Source of the DNA: Malacoraja senta | Lineage: Eukaryota | NCBI GenBank assembly: GCA_038087875.1 | Contig: JAXLNO010000313.1 | Span: 1-64,000 of the forward strand | Reading direction: 5' to 3' | DNA length: 64,000 nucleotides | Shown: in pieces, positions 37,905 to 53,639 of the stretch | How positions within the stretch are numbered: position 1 is the first letter of the stretch | How the letters are laid out: every line of letters starts with the position of its first letter | Made by a program: the position numbers and the translations under genes | Notes under the pieces: model-generated | The model's input: only the letters and a program-made list of their open reading frames with translations | Databases searched by the model: none | What the model was told of the DNA's origin: nothing

Positions 37905-38400
37905 ACTTATAATGCCCCTTTAGAAAAACGTTTAATATAAGACTCAAGCATTTCTGGAGTTATCGAATTACAAAGTTTTTCAATTTCTTCCTGTAACTTC
38001 CTGAAGCTTATTCAAATGCCACATTTTGGTTAGCTCTCACTTCACCCAACTCTACACATGTTCAGTTGGATTGAGATCGAGAGATTAGGATGGCTATTCA
38101 AGTGTTTTCCATTTTATTCTTCTATTGTATATACCTTCTAACAACACCCGAAATGTGTTTAGGATCATTGTAAGTTTGGAAAACAAAATGCAATAACCCC
38201 ATTTGAGAAGCAGAAATTTCCAGATTATTAGCCAAATTGTGCTTGTATAAAGCTCCATCCCTATTATCATTGATGAAAACCAATTTACCTATACACCCTG
38301 AGCTAATACATCCCAAACCATGACATCACCACCGCCATGCTTTACAATTGGGATTATATTTTCCTTGTTAGGCCTATGCCATACCATTGGCCGGCATCTA
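37905..38400 (-). mobile_element. Tc1/mariner transposase remnant (duplicate ~45245-45740)
   Basis: VKHGGGDVM(VW)GCIS, FQTYNDPKH (QQDNDPKH-like) and SLDLNPTEHV (SPDLNPIE-like), with stops. Confidence 0.85.
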
Positions 38401-38551
38401 ACATTTTCCCCATCATGCGTAGACATATCACTTTACTGACCACCAATAGTCTTATTCAAGCGTTATTTCAATAGAAAACTGGGGATTATTTGTCTATGAA
38501 TATATTAATGGCAAAGGATTGCTTATTGGTAGCGTATCATATCATATCATA

Positions 38552-39995
<1,444 letters not shown>

Positions 39996-39999
39996 TGCC

Positions 40000-40395
40000 G
40001 ACAATATGATCATGGCTGATCATCCAACTCAGTATCCTGTGCCTGCCTTCTCTCCATACCCATAGATCCCCTTTAGCCACAAGGGCCACATCTAACTCCT
40101 TCTTAAATATAGCCAATGAACTAGCCTGTCCAACTCGTTAAGAATTTTGTAAGTTTCTATAAGATCCCCCATCAATCTTCTACATTCTAGCGAGTACAAG
40201 CCGAGTATATTCAGTCTTTCTTCATATGAAAGTCCAGCCATTCCAGGAATCAGTCTGGTGAACCTTCCCTGTACTCGCTCGATGGCAAGAATGTATTTCC
40301 TCAGATTGGGAGACCAAAACTGTACACTGCACTCCAGGTGTGGTCTCACCAAGGCCCTGTACAACTGCAGTAGAACGGCCCTGCTCCTATACTTC
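40000..40395 (-). mobile_element. CR1 3' fragment (duplicate ~47338-47731)
   Basis: LYRALVRPHLECSVQFWSP...GDLIETYKIL. Confidence 0.9.
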
Positions 40396-40539
40396 AATTC
40401 CGAGATAGATGACGTTTCACAGTGTGCTGGAGTATCTCAGCAGGACAGGAATGGGTGATGTTCCGGGTCGAGACTCAAGAAGGATCTAGACCCGAAACGA
40501 TACCCATTCGTTCCAGCATTTTGTGTCTACTTAAACCGC

Positions 40540-41475
40540 ACCTATCCACGTGGCGGTGCTCCAGCAAGTTGGGAGGAGCGGGCAAATGCCTTGCCACAGA
40601 GTGGGCATGTGAAGTAGCGCAGGACGGTGCTCGCCGGTGCTCCAGCAGATGGTCAAGGCGGGTGAAGCACTTACCACAGGATGGGCCGGAGAAGGGATGC
40701 TCAACGCTCTGGGTAGGCCGATGCTGCTACAGGCTGTACATGCGGGCGAAACCCTTACCACACTCAGCGCACACAAAGATTCTCTCTCCGGTGTGTAACC
40801 GCTGGTGTTCCCACAGCCCCCATGTTCTCTTGAAAAGCTTGCTGCAGTGGGAGCAGACGCTCGCTCGCTGGCCACTGGTGTGCAGGCACTGGTGAGACAG
40901 GGCGTGGGAGGCCATGGCAAAGCGCTCTTCCATACACCGGGCTGGGGAAGGGATGGTGGCCGGTGTGGGTGCGCTGGTGGGACTGCAGGTTGCTCGATTG
41001 GATGAAGCCCTTGCCGCACTGGGCGCAGGTGTAAGGGCGCTTGCCGTTGTAGGTGCGCTGGTGCACCAGAAGGTGGTTGAACGATTTGAAGCCTTTGCCA
41101 CAATCAGAGCAGGTAAAGGGCCGCTCACTACTGTGCACCCGACAGTGCTGCCGTAGCCCAGATGACCGGGTAAAGCTGTTGCCGCAAATTGACCTGCCAT
41201 ATGGCTTCTCGCCCGTGTGCACCGACCGGTGGAGCTTCAGCTCACATGCCCTCATGAAATTCCTGCCTAGTACAAGCAGTCGAATGGGCGTTCGCCCGTG
41301 TGCACCCAGGCCTTGCCACACACATCGCACTAATAACGCTTCTCCTTGCTGGGCCCTGTCATGTGGTCCTCCATCGAAGCACACCGAGCAGATGGGGGAG
41401 GGGGGGCTCATCGGCATTATGTACGCCTATAAACAACGCTTCTCCTTGTTGTTCCCTGTCATGTGGTTCTCCATC
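40540..41475 (-). pseudogene. C2H2 zinc-finger pseudogene (about 7 fingers)
   Basis: [46 protein letters not shown] spread over different frames. Duplicated N-terminus (MENHMTGNNKEKR / MEDHMTGPSKEKRY*) with a stop. Confidence 0.85.
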
Positions 41476-42449
41476 GAAACTCAGCCCGCACACCGAGCAG
41501 ATGCGGGAGGTGCGGGCACATCGCCATCCTGGCCGCCCAAAATGGCTTGTCATGTCCCCGGGTGAGGGGGGATGTCGGGAGTGAGGTGGCTCCGCACTGC
41601 CTGGGACTGCTGAGCATCTGCGAGCCGCCCGCACGTCCGCCCGCCCTGCGCCGTGACGTTGCCGTGCCCCACACGCACGGCGCGCACCACCGGCGCCCTG
41701 TTGTCACCCAAATCCTGCCGCCAGGTCGGCACAAAGGTCAGAGGACCAGTGACGCTGCACAGCGGCCTCCAGCCGCCATCTGCGAGCTACAGTTGGAGGA
41801 CCAGAGGCCACCAGACCTGACTCACTCACATCCCCCTCGCCTGCACGCCTCGGTTTGACGGCCGCAGGATCGCACTCTGGAAGGGAGGAGGGGGTGGGGA
41901 AAGGACACGGGTGGAATATTGGAGTTGGTGGAGAGGTGGAATATTGTGTTGGGGGACCTATGAGAATTATATAACACCAACATATATATATATTTCTCGT
42001 ATCTTATTATAAACACATATATATTGATTACAAATCATATACACACACACATAAATATACTTTCTTCAGTTTCTTTCTTGTGATCTCGAATAACTTGTTT
42101 CTAATTATTTGTATTTAAAATAAAAATATTATTGTAATTTTTCATTCATTCATTCAACCTGTGTCCCTGTATCAAATGCTAATATTGTGGATATGGATGT
42201 ACGATATTGGACGGCGAGAAGAGACAAGACAAGACAGCCCCTACTATAGTTACCCATCCAAATGCAACTAAATTTAAGGCAGCTCTTTCTTCCCAAAACC
42301 CTTCCTGCCTTAAGTCCTCCCTCCACCACCTCCAGTTTAAATTGCATTGGAATATTTGGAGGAACAAGAAACCAAGACACACGAGAACCAAGAACAAAAC
42401 AAGCCCCGGTGGGTGGATCCATCATTGTGGCTGTCAGGCAGCAACTCTA

Positions 42450-42830
42450 CCGCTGCGCATGCGCCATCCTCACCGCCCGTCCCCGTCACTGGTAGAAGGC
42501 AGGCACCGCGGCTCCTGGTCCGGTTCTCCAGGCGGGTGCGGCGAGCCGATCGCCCGTGGTCCTCCGGTCTGGTCCGGTCCTCCAGGCGGGGTTAGCCGGG
42601 GATCGGGTGCCGGGGCGGCTCCAGTCTCCGGCCTCACACGGGAGACACACACTGACCGCCCTCCCGCCACTGGGGTTGGCGCTTGGAGCGGAGGGAGCGG
42701 CGGCTCGGGGATGTTGAAGGCCGGGCCGGGCTGGGCTGAGCGGGGCCGCGACATACAGACACCACCGTCCCGCTCGGGGTGGGGGTGGGGGGGGATGATG
42801 GGAGCGCAGCGGCCGGTGGGGTGGAGGAGG
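42450..42830. promoter_or_regulatory. CpG-rich promoter-like region with NRF1 site TGCGCATGCGC (42454-42464)
   Basis: High GC and CpG content, NRF1 consensus overlapping a YY1-like CGCCAT, upstream of the ZNF remnant. Confidence 0.55.
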
Positions 42831-43127
42831 AGTAATGTCGGGGGGACGTTTTCCCTCTCAAACCCGCACTGACACCTCACCCCTTCCCCACTCACCCCAC
42901 CCCCACTCCCCCCCTCCCCCACTCACCCCACCCCCACTCACCACCTCCCCCACTCACCCCCTCCCACACACACCCTCACCCTTCCCCCCACTCACCCCCA
43001 CCCCGTCCCCACTCCCCCACTCCCCCCTCCCCCACACCCATTAACCCCTTCCCCTTCACCCCTCACCACCCCCCCCACTCCCCCCCTCCCCACACCCCCC
43101 TCCTCCCAATCACCACCTCCCCCATTC

Positions 43128-43327
43128 NNNNNNNNNNNNNNNNNNNNNNNNNNNNNNNNNNNNNNNNNNNNNNNNNNNNNNNNNNNNNNNNNNNNNNNNN
43201 NNNNNNNNNNNNNNNNNNNNNNNNNNNNNNNNNNNNNNNNNNNNNNNNNNNNNNNNNNNNNNNNNNNNNNNNNNNNNNNNNNNNNNNNNNNNNNNNNNNN
43301 NNNNNNNNNNNNNNNNNNNNNNNNNNN
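43128..43327. other. Assembly gap (200 N)
   Basis: Direct reading. Confidence 1.
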
Positions 43328-44976
43328 AGACAGACGAAGCTCACCTCTACTTACAATTTCTAAGCGGTTGCGAGCTTTTGACAATGGCTGAGACACTCGG
43401 TTAAAACCTGACTCAACTAGGTAAGACGTTGGAAAGGCAATGAAATATAATTTAACTTCCTGCCAGAGCAATGGGAATTTCATGGCAATTTCAGTACTTG
43501 TCCATAAGTTATTGAGGCCATGTTTAAATTTAGCTTGAGCAATTTGATTACACTGCAGCTCAATGAGGCTTTCTTGTAGTCTGATATCAACATCAGCTGC
43601 ATTTGTCTCAAATGGGTCTACCACCCAACCTGGAATGTTCATTTCCAGGCGATCTTTGAAACTAATTTCCATATCATTGTGCAATATTTTCAAGTGATCA
43701 ATGTACACTAAAATATCATCCTCATGCAGCTCCTCCTCAATTGTGCGAGGGTTGTAAAATGTAACAACTCCTTAAGCCCAATATTAATCCTGAACAGATT
43801 AAGTTTGTAGCTATTTGTTCAGCATATTTAGCTTCTCAAATATATCTGAAAAGTAGAATATGCCCAAATTTGGCAGCTATGATATCTTCTCCAAGCTGAT
43901 TCCCATTCAGAAATGTTACAACACTCTCCCAAAGTTCAATGAAGCGACGCAGGCAATTACCCTTGGAAAGCCATCTCACCTCTGTTTGCAAAAGTAGGCG
44001 TTCAAACTCTTCATTGTTAGCACATAGTTGTCGGAAAAGACGGTCTTGAAGTGGATTTCACTTGATAAGATTGACAGCCTTGATTCCACTATCAAGAGCG
44101 TCTTTCAGACGTCCTCCCAATTTTTTTGCAATCGAATGTTGACGATGAACCACGCAGTGTATGCAAACACATTAGGCACAGTCCCTTTTAAATAAACAAT
44201 GAAGCCCCTGTATCTACCTACCAGAGCAGCGGCACCATCAGTTGCACAAGCCATTATGTTATCCATTGGAATATTTATTTCTTGGAAATAGGCCATACTT
44301 CTTTGAAAGTAGTTTCATCTTTAGTATCTGTCACAAGACTGCGGGCAAAAAGCATTTCCTCTCTGAATTCACTATTATCATCCAAAAACCTAACATATGC
44401 CATAAGAAGGGTTTGATTATCACGTAAAGATGATTCGCCAATTTGTAATGCAAAATTGTTTACTTGTAAAAGTGAAACTAGTTGATTTTGTACATCCTTT
44501 GCCATTTCATCAATGCGTCGTGATACTGTATTGTTGCTCAACGGAATGACCTCCGTAATTTTTAGTGGATTCTGTGGCATGACAGTAGAAATCACCACAG
44601 GTACTGCGGGCAAAATCAAATCTTCACCAATAGTATGGGGTGTTACAGTTTTTGCCATTAGCTTTGAAATTTCATAAGATGCAATTAAACTTTTGTCTAA
44701 TTTACCCTCTGCTTTGCTAAGTACAGAATTAATGGTGTTCCTTCCTTGGAAATCATCACGAAGCTTTTAAAAGTAACATAATGATTTGTCTTTCTTATCC
44801 TTGTGCTTATTCTCCAGATGTATTTTAAGCTTTCTTGAGCGCATGCTATCATTAGAAAGTTCTGTCATACATATAAGCCACATTGGCGTTGTTCTATTGT
44901 TTGGAGACTGTATAAAACCGTATGCTAAAAACTCGCTTGAGTATTGTCGACATGTTTTCTTCAACTTATCAGCCAT
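43328..44976 (-). mobile_element. Duplicate of the hAT transposase remnant
   Basis: Near-identical to 35989-37637; probably an assembly duplicate. Confidence 0.85.
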
Positions 44977-45919
44977 GGGTAATCTGCGGAGTACAAATAT
45001 GTATATGTATACTGTGCTGCAAAATAAAATGGAATTTTACAAATTTCTTTGAAACCTTTTAAAATAAAATAATTATTGAAAATATTAAAAATGCTAATTG
45101 TTTGAGCATTCTTATGCAATTTATATTGAACTAAATGGTATATACTGTACGTATATGTCTTTTCAATAATATATAAAATATAAAAGCTATTGTTGCCAAA
45201 AATATATACATATATTTAGAGTGCTTATCAGAAGGCCTATGAACTTATAATGCCCCTTTAGAAAAACGTTTAATATAAGACTCAAGCATTTCTGGAGTTA
45301 TCGAATTACAAAGTTTTTCAATTTCTTCCTGTAACTTCCTGAAGCTTATTCAAATGCCACATTTTGGTTAGCTCTCACTTAACCCAACTCTACACATGTT
45401 CAGTTGGATTGAGATCGAGAGATTAGGATGGCTATTCAAGTGTTTTCCATTTTATTCTTCTATTGTATATACCTTCTAACAACACCCGAAATGTGTTTAG
45501 GATCATTGTAAGTTTGGAAAACAAAATCCAATAACCCCATTTGAGAAGCAGAAATTTCCAGATTATTAGCCAAATTGTGCTTGTATAAAGCTCCATCCCT
45601 ATTATCATTGATGAAAAACAATTTACCTATACACCCTGAGCTAATACATCCCAAACCATGACATCACCACCGCCATGCTTTACAATTGGGATTATATTTT
45701 CCTTGTTAGGCCTATGCCATACCATTGGCCGGCATCTAACATTTTCCCATCATGCGTAGACATATCACTTTACTGACCACCAATAGTCTTATTCAAGCGT
45801 TATTTCAATAGAAAACTGGGGATTATTTGTCTATGAATATATTAATGGCAAAGGATTGCTTATTGGTAGCGTATCATATCATATCATATCTATATACTTT
45901 TAAAATTATATGTGTGTGT

Positions 45920-46096
<177 letters not shown>

Positions 46097-47874
46097 TTTG
46101 TGGGTGTATGTCACGTTCCATTTTCAGATTTTTTTTCAGATGAGATATTTTGGCCATTGCTTCCTTGGTCCGCCAAAACCACACGCAAAAATTCCGCGAT
46201 TTTTTTCCATTTCGATAGCGATTTCGCGTTTACATTCGCAAATGCACTCCTCATTACTTTTAGACATTTTTATGTACACATTTTTAAATAAAATCTTCCC
46301 CCCCCCCACTCATTTAAAAATCAAAACGGGACTCACGAGCTGCTGACGTCGCAATCCCACATGCCGACCAAACAAAGCTGCTTCTCTCTCTCTCTCTTCA
46401 TTTTGCAGCCCGGCTCAAAATGCTCTGCTGATCGGGAGAAGAGATAAGTCTTTTGCTCTCTGACTCCTCCCTGTTCTGTGTTTATCTCTCTGAACGAGCA
46501 CGATCCTGTGGAGGTTAAGAAGGGGAGTGGTGGGATTGAGGGAGAGGAGGGAGAGGGAGGAATGGGGGAAGAAGAGGAGGGAGAGTGTGGGAATAGAGGG
46601 AGAGGAATGGGGTTGATAGGCAGTGGGGAATAGATGGACTTCCCCCAACCCTCCCCCTCACACCCCACTCTTCCCCCTCTCCCCCCTACACCTCTCACTC
46701 TCCCTACCCTCTCTCCCCTTCCCCATCACCTCCTCCCTCCCATTCTCTCTCTGCGCTCACTCTCTGTCCCCCTTTATGTCTCCTGCTCCCCTCTCTCTCT
46801 CTCTCACCCCCTCTCACTCTCCCCCATTTCTCTCACCCCCTATATCTCCCTCCCCCCTCGCCCTCTCTCTCCCTCCCTGTCTCTCATCCACCCACTCTAT
46901 GTCTCCCCCCCTCTCTCTCTCTCTTTCCCTCCCCGCTCTCTCTCTCCCTCCCCTCTCCCTCTCCCTCACACCCCCTCTCTTTCCCCCCGCTCTGTCTCAC
47001 CTCTCTCTTTTCTCTCTCTCCCCCTCTCTCCCCCTCCCTCTCTCTCTCCACTCTCTCTCTCTCCCCCTTCCTCTCCCCAACCCCGCTGCCCTCCCCTAAA
47101 CCGCCGGCGCCCCTCCCCTCCACCCTTCCCCCCCTCCCTTCCCCCCTCCTCTCCCCCTCCCTTCCCCCCACCTTCCCCACTCCCTTCTCGCCTTTTCTCC
47201 TCATCCCTTCCCGTTACGGGGCTATGCATCAGTGGTTATGGCGGTTGTGGGATAAAAGGATCGAATTAATAATATTAATATAATATCAAGGGGGTAGTTT
47301 GTGTGGGAGTGGTTAGTGTTTGTTACGCCGCATGCCGACAATATGATCATGGCTGATCATCCAACTCAGTATCCTGTGCCTGCCTTCTCTCCATACCCAT
47401 AGATCCCTTTAGCCACAAGGGCCACATCTAACTCCTTCTTAAATATAGCCAATGAACTAGCCTGTCCAACTCGTTAAGAATTTTGTAAGTTTCTATAAGA
47501 TCCCCCATCAATCTTCTACATTCTAGCGAGTACAAGCCGAGTATATTCAGTCTTTCTTCATATGAAAGTCCAGCCATTCCAGGAATCAGTCTGGTGAACC
47601 TTCCCTGTACTCGCTCGATGGCAAGAATGTATTTCCTCAGATTTTGAGACCAAAACTGTACACTGCACTCCAGGTGTGGTCTCACCAAGGCCCTGTACAA
47701 CTGCAGTAGAACGGCCCTGCTCCTATACTTCAATTCCGAGATAGATGACGTTTCACAGTGTGCTGGAGTATCTCAGCAGGACAGAAATGGGTGATGTTCC
47801 GGGTCGAGTCTCAAGAAGGATCTAGACCCGAAACGATACCCATTCGTTCCAGCATTTTGTGTCTACTTAAACCG

Positions 47875-48813
47875 CACCTATCCCACGTGGCGGTGCTCCA
47901 GCAAGTTGGAGGAGCGGGCAAATGCCTTGCCACAGAGTGGGCATGTGAAGTAGCGCAGGACGGTGCTCGCCGGTGCTCCAGCAGATGGTCAAGGCGGGTG
48001 AAGCACTTACCACAGGATGGGCCGGAGAAGGGATGCTCAACGCTCTGGGTAGGCCGATGCTGCTACAGGCTGTACATGCGGGCGAAACCCTTACCACACT
48101 CAGCGCACACAAAGATTCTCTCTCCGGTGTGTAACCGCTGGTGTTCCCACAGCCCCCATGTTCTCTTGAAAAGCTTGCTGCAGTGGGAGCAGACGCTCGC
48201 TCGCTGGCCACTGGTGTGCAGGCACTGGTGAGACAGGGCGTGGGAGGCCATGGCAAAGCGCTCTTCCATACACCGGGCTGGGGAAGGGATGGTGGCCGGT
48301 GTGGGTGCGCTGGTGGGACTGCAGGTTGCTCGATTGGATGAAGCCCTTGCCGCACTGGGCGCAGGTGTAAGGGCGCTTGCCGTTGTAGGTGCGCTGGTGC
48401 ACCAGAAGGTGGTTGAACGATTTGAAGCCTTTGCCACAATCAGAGCAGGTAAAGGGCCGCTCACTACTGTGCACCCGACAGTGCTGCCGTAGCCCAGATG
48501 ACCGGGTAAAGCTGTTGCCGCAAATTGACCTGCCATATGGCTTCTCGCCCGTGTGCACCGGACCGGTGGAGCTTCAGCTCACATGCCCTCATGAAATTCC
48601 TGCCCTAGTACAAGCAGTCGAATGGGCGTTCGCCCGTGTGCACCCAGGCCTTGCCACACACATCGCACTAATAACGCTTCTCCTTGCTGGGCCCTGTCAT
48701 GTGGTCCTCCATCGAAGCACACCGAGCAGATGGGGGAGGGGGGGCTCATCGGCATTATGTACGCCTATAAACAACGCTTCTCCTTGTTGTTCCCTGTCAT
48801 GTGGTTCTCCATC
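47875..48813 (-). pseudogene. Duplicate of the C2H2 zinc-finger pseudogene
   Basis: Near-identical to 40540-41475, differing by 1-bp indels. Confidence 0.8.
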
Positions 48814-49784
48814 GAAACTCAGCCCGCACACCGAGCAGATGCGGGAGGTGCGGGCACATCGCCATCCTGGCCGCCAAAATGGCTTGTCATGTCCCCGGGT
48901 GAGGGGGGATGTCGGGAGTGAGGTGGCTCCGCACTGCCTGGGACTGCTGAGCATCTGCGAGCCGCCCGCACGTCCGCCCGCCCTGCGCCGTGACGTTGCC
49001 GTGCCCCACACGCACGGCGCGCACCACCGGCGCCCTGATGTCACCCAAATCCTGCCGCCAGGTCGGCACAAAGGTCAGAGGACCAGTGACGCTGCACAGC
49101 GGCCTCCAGCCGCCATCTGCGAGCTACAGTTGGAGGACCAGAGGCCACCAGACCTGACTCACTCACATCCCCCTCGCCTGCACGCCTCGGTTTGACGGCC
49201 GCAGGATCGCACTCTGGAAGGGAGGAGGGGGTGGGGAAAGGACACGGGTGGAATATTGGAGTTGGTGGAGAGGTGGAATATTGTGTTGGGGGACCTATGA
49301 GAATTATATAACACCAACATATATATATTTCTCGTATCTTATTATAAACACATATATATTGATTACAAATCATATACACACACACATAAATATATTTCTT
49401 CAGTTTCTTTCTTGTGATCTCGAATAACTTGTTTCTAATTATTTGTATTTAAAATAAAAAATATTATTGTAATTTTTCATTCATTCATTCAACCTGTGTC
49501 CCTGTATCAAATGCTAATATTGTGGATATGGATGTACGATATTGGACGGCGAGAAGAGACAAGACAAGACAGCCCCTACTATAGTTACCCATCCAAATGC
49601 AACTAAATTTAAGGCAGCTCTTTCTTCCCAAAACCCTTCCTGCCTTAAGTCCTCCCTCCACCACCTCCAGTTTAAATTGCATTGGAATATTTGGAGGAAC
49701 AAGAAACCAAGACACCGAGAACCAAGAACAAAAACAAGCCCCGGTGGGTGGATCCATCATTGTGGCTGTCAGGCAGCAACTCTA

Positions 49785-50165
49785 CCGCTGCGCATGCGCC
49801 ATCCTCACCGCCCGTCCCCGTCACTGGTAGAAGGCAGGCACCGCGGCTCCTGGTCCGGTTCTCCAGGCGGGGTGCGGCGAGCCGATCGCCCGTGGTCCTC
49901 CGGTCTGGTCCGGTCCTCCAGGCGGGGTTAGCCGGGGATCGGGTGCCGGGGCGGCTCCAGTCTCCGGCCTCACACCGGGAGACACACACTGACCGCCCTC
50001 CCGCCACTGGGGTTGGCGCTTGGAGCGGAGGGAGCGGCGGCTCGGGGATGTTGAAGGCCGGGCCGGGCTGGGCTGAGCGGGGCCGCGACATACAGACACC
50101 ACCGTCCCGCTCGGGGTGGGGGTGGGGGGGATGATGGGAGCGCAGCGGCCGGTGGGGTGGAGGAG
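49785..50165. promoter_or_regulatory. CpG-rich promoter-like region, NRF1 site 49789-49799
   Basis: Copy of 42450-42830. Confidence 0.55.
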
Positions 50166-51084
50166 GAGTAATGTCGGGGGGACGTTTTCCCTCTCAAACC
50201 CGCACTGACACCTCACCCCCTTCCCCACTCACCCCACCCCCACTCCCCCCTCCCCCACTCACCCCACCCCCACTCACCACCTCCCCCACTCACCCCCTCC
50301 CACACACACCCTCACCCTTCCCCCCACTCACCCCTCACCCCGTCCCCCACTCCCCCACTCCCCCCTCCCCCACACCCATTAACCCCTTCCCCTTCACCCC
50401 TCACCACCACCCCCACTCCCCCCTCCCCACACCCCCCTCCTCCCAATCACCACCTCCCCCATTCACCCCCTCCCCATTCACCCACTCACCCACACACACC
50501 CTCACCCTTCCCCCTACTCACCCCTCACCCCGTCCCCCACTCACCCCCTACCCCCACTCACCCCTCCTCCACTTATCCCGTCCCCCACTACCCCCTCCCC
50601 CCACACCCCTCCCTCCACATCTCCTCACCCCCTCACCCCTCCCCCTCATCCCTCCCCCACACACTCCCCCACTCACCGCCTCCCCCTCACCACTCACCCA
50701 CTCACCCCCTCACCCTCCTCGACGCTCACCCCTCCACCCTCACCCCCATCCCCGCTCCCCCTCTCACCCTTCCCAACTCATCTCACCCCTTCGCCCCCTC
50801 ACCTCCTCCCCAATCACCCCTCAACCCCTCCCGCACTCACCCCTCAACCCACTCACCCTCCCCCCACTCACGCCCGCAACCCCACCCCCACTCACCCCTC
50901 CCTCACACAGCCCCTCACCTTCACTCACCCCCTCCCCCACTCGCTCCCTCTCCCACTCTCTCCCCATCCCGCAAACACCTTGAGCCTCAGTCTTCCCCTC
51001 CCCCTTCACCCCCGCCCACTTGCCCCCCTCCCCCCCTTCAAGCACCAGTAATGTTGACGCGTTAGTTATGTCCTGTTTGCCAGC

Positions 51085-51185
51085 TTGTTGACCCTCTGTG
51101 TTCCCCTCCTGCAGGGTTTAGGAGCCGTTGCTGTGGACGGAGAGACGGGGACGTGACCGGCCATTGAGGGCGGCCAGGGGGCAGG
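51085..51185 (+). pseudogene. Stub of a ZNF exon start (splice acceptor plus ~70 bp); mirror ~61000-61095 -
   Basis: gaccctctgtgttcccctcctgcAG|ggtttagg...ggccattgagggcggccagg matches the reverse complement of 55893-55985, the 5' part of the ZNF gene in the loop. Confidence 0.65.
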
Positions 51186-52046
51186 TGTGCCCCGCCCGCC
51201 CCCCCCCCCACACATCTGGTGGCGGAGAAGTTTTATGGGATGAGGGGAGCGGGAACGGTCCAGAGAGACACAGATAGAGAGACAGAGAGAGAGAGTGAAA
51301 GTCACGGACACAGAGGGAGAGTGAGATAGACAGCTAGAGAGATACAGATGCAGAGGAGAGAGAGAGCGATAGAGAGTGGGTGAGGCAGCGAGAGGGAGAG
51401 AGACATAGAGAGAGACACAGAAAGAGAACGAGAGAGAGGGAGAGACAGAGAGACAGAGAGAGAGATAGAGACAGAGGGTCAGAGAGAGAGACAGACAGAG
51501 ACAGAGAGGGAGAGAGAGACAGAGAGAGATACATGGAGACAGACACAGAGAGAGAGGCAGCGAGAGAGAGAAAGAGAGAGACAGCTCGGAGAGAGAGAGA
51601 CACAGAGAAAGAGACAAAGTGGGAGAGAAACAGAGAGTCATAGAGAGAGAGACACAGAGAGACGGAGAGAGAGGACAGAGACAGAGAGTTGGAGAGACAG
51701 TGATAGACATAGAAATAAAGGGAGACAGAGAGAGAGGAAGACACTCAGAGACACACACAGAGCGAGCGAGATAAAGAGACAGAGGGTCGTAGAAAGAGAT
51801 GGAGGTAGACAGTGAGAGAAAGAGAGAGGGAGAGAAAGATGGAGAGAGAGAAGGTGAGAGACGGTGGGACAGAGAGGAAGAGAGAGACAGACAGACAGCG
51901 AGAGGGGGAGATAGAAAGAGAGAGAGAGACAGAGAGAGACAGAGACAGAGAGAGGCAGTGAGAGGGAGAGGGAGAGAGAAAGAGAGAGAGACAGACTCAG
52001 AAAGAAAGACAGAGAAAGAGGGGAAGAGACAGATTGAGAGGGAGTC

Positions 52047-52130
52047 GTCAAGTCAAGTCGTCACATTTATTTAGCACATTTAATAAACAACTCTCATTGG
52101 CCAAAGTCCTTTACATTTGTTTTTAAGAAT
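52047..52130 (-). mobile_element. L2 3' tail (mirror ~59925-60006 +)
   Basis: gtcaagtcaagtc...tttatttagcacattt...ttggccaaagtcctttacatt matches 34513-34590. Confidence 0.7.
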
Positions 52131-52727
52131 AATATTAATAAACAAACTACATACATATATAAATATGTATATATATGTATGCATATGTAGATCGAGAGAG
52201 GGAGACGGAGAGTGGGGCAGTGAGAGGGAGACAGACAGAAAGAGATAGAGACAGAGAGCGAAGCACAGAGAGACAGAGAGAAAGACAGAGAGACAGCGAG
52301 AAAGACAGGGAGATAGGCAGAGAGACAGAGCGGGGGAGAGACAGAGAGACCAGACAGAGAGAGAAGCAGTGAGAGAGAGGGAGAATGCTAATGAGAGACA
52401 GACTCAGGGAAAGATACACAGAGAGGGAGAGAGAGAGACACTGAGGGAGAGCGACAGACAGAGAGAGAGACACACTGGCAGAGAGAGAGGGACAGTGTGA
52501 CAGAGAGAGAGACACAGACAGAGAGAAAGATTCTGAGAGACAGCGAGAACCAGAGAGAGAGACAGGGAGAACCAGAGAGAGAGACATAGAGAGACAGAGA
52601 GAGAGATGCACAGAGAGAGGGACACAGAGACCAGTGACAGAGAGAGAGGGAGAGGCAGCGAGAGGGAGAGAGAAAGAGAGAGTCAGACTCAGAGAGGGAC
52701 ACACAGGGAAAGAGACAAAAAAATTGA

Positions 52728-53185
52728 CAAAACAAGGAAAACATACTTTGACAAACTCAGTCTGGCAATCCCCGATTTTAAAGAACTTGATGATATATCA
52801 AAACTGAGAATAATCCTTGGTGAAGGAAACACGGCACATCTTTGTGCACAATACGTAACAGCATGCCATACCCTGAGAGACGGTGAATGACTAATATGCA
52901 CATATGTAAACACACACCAATCGATATTAACTGACACTAAGAAAGTAATATTGAATTGCTAAACTTGCTATTCTGTTGTACTGCTTACAGCTGCAAGAAC
53001 GTGTAGCAATCAATAAAGGGCTATAGGCCTATTGCGAGTTTATGTACAGGGACATATGTATCCATGCACTGTATACTTGTATTTATACTTATGCATTTTG
53101 AATATGTATGTCATGTTTGATACTTTGGCAATATAACAATGTATTTTATCAAGCAAATATTTTTTTTAAATGAAAGTGAATTGAG
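52728..53185 (+). mobile_element. 3' end of a non-LTR retrotransposon embedded in (GA)n-type repeats; further tails ~53225-53505, 53985-54105; mirrors ~57090-57210, 58915-59350
   Basis: ORF end TRKTYFDKL...KLRIILGE...AQYVTACHTLR*, 3' UTR with ctttggcaatataac...catgccaataaag, running directly into GAGAGA. Confidence 0.65.
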
Positions 53186-53501
53186 AGATGCAGAGAGAGT
53201 GCGAGACAGAGAGAGAGAGAGAAACATGCACATATGCATACACACACTAATTGACATTAACTGACACTAAGAAATTAATATAGAAATGCCAAATTTGCGA
53301 CTCTGTTGTACTGCTTACAGCTGCAAGAACGTGTAGCAATCAATAAAGGGCTGTAGGTCTATTGCGAGTTTATGTACAGGGACATATCAATCCATTCACT
53401 GTATACTTGTATTTATATTTGTGCATTTTAAATATGTATGTCATGTTTTATACTTTGGCAATATAACGATGTATTTTATCATGCCAATAAAGATTTTTTT
53501 A

Positions 53502-53639
<138 letters not shown>

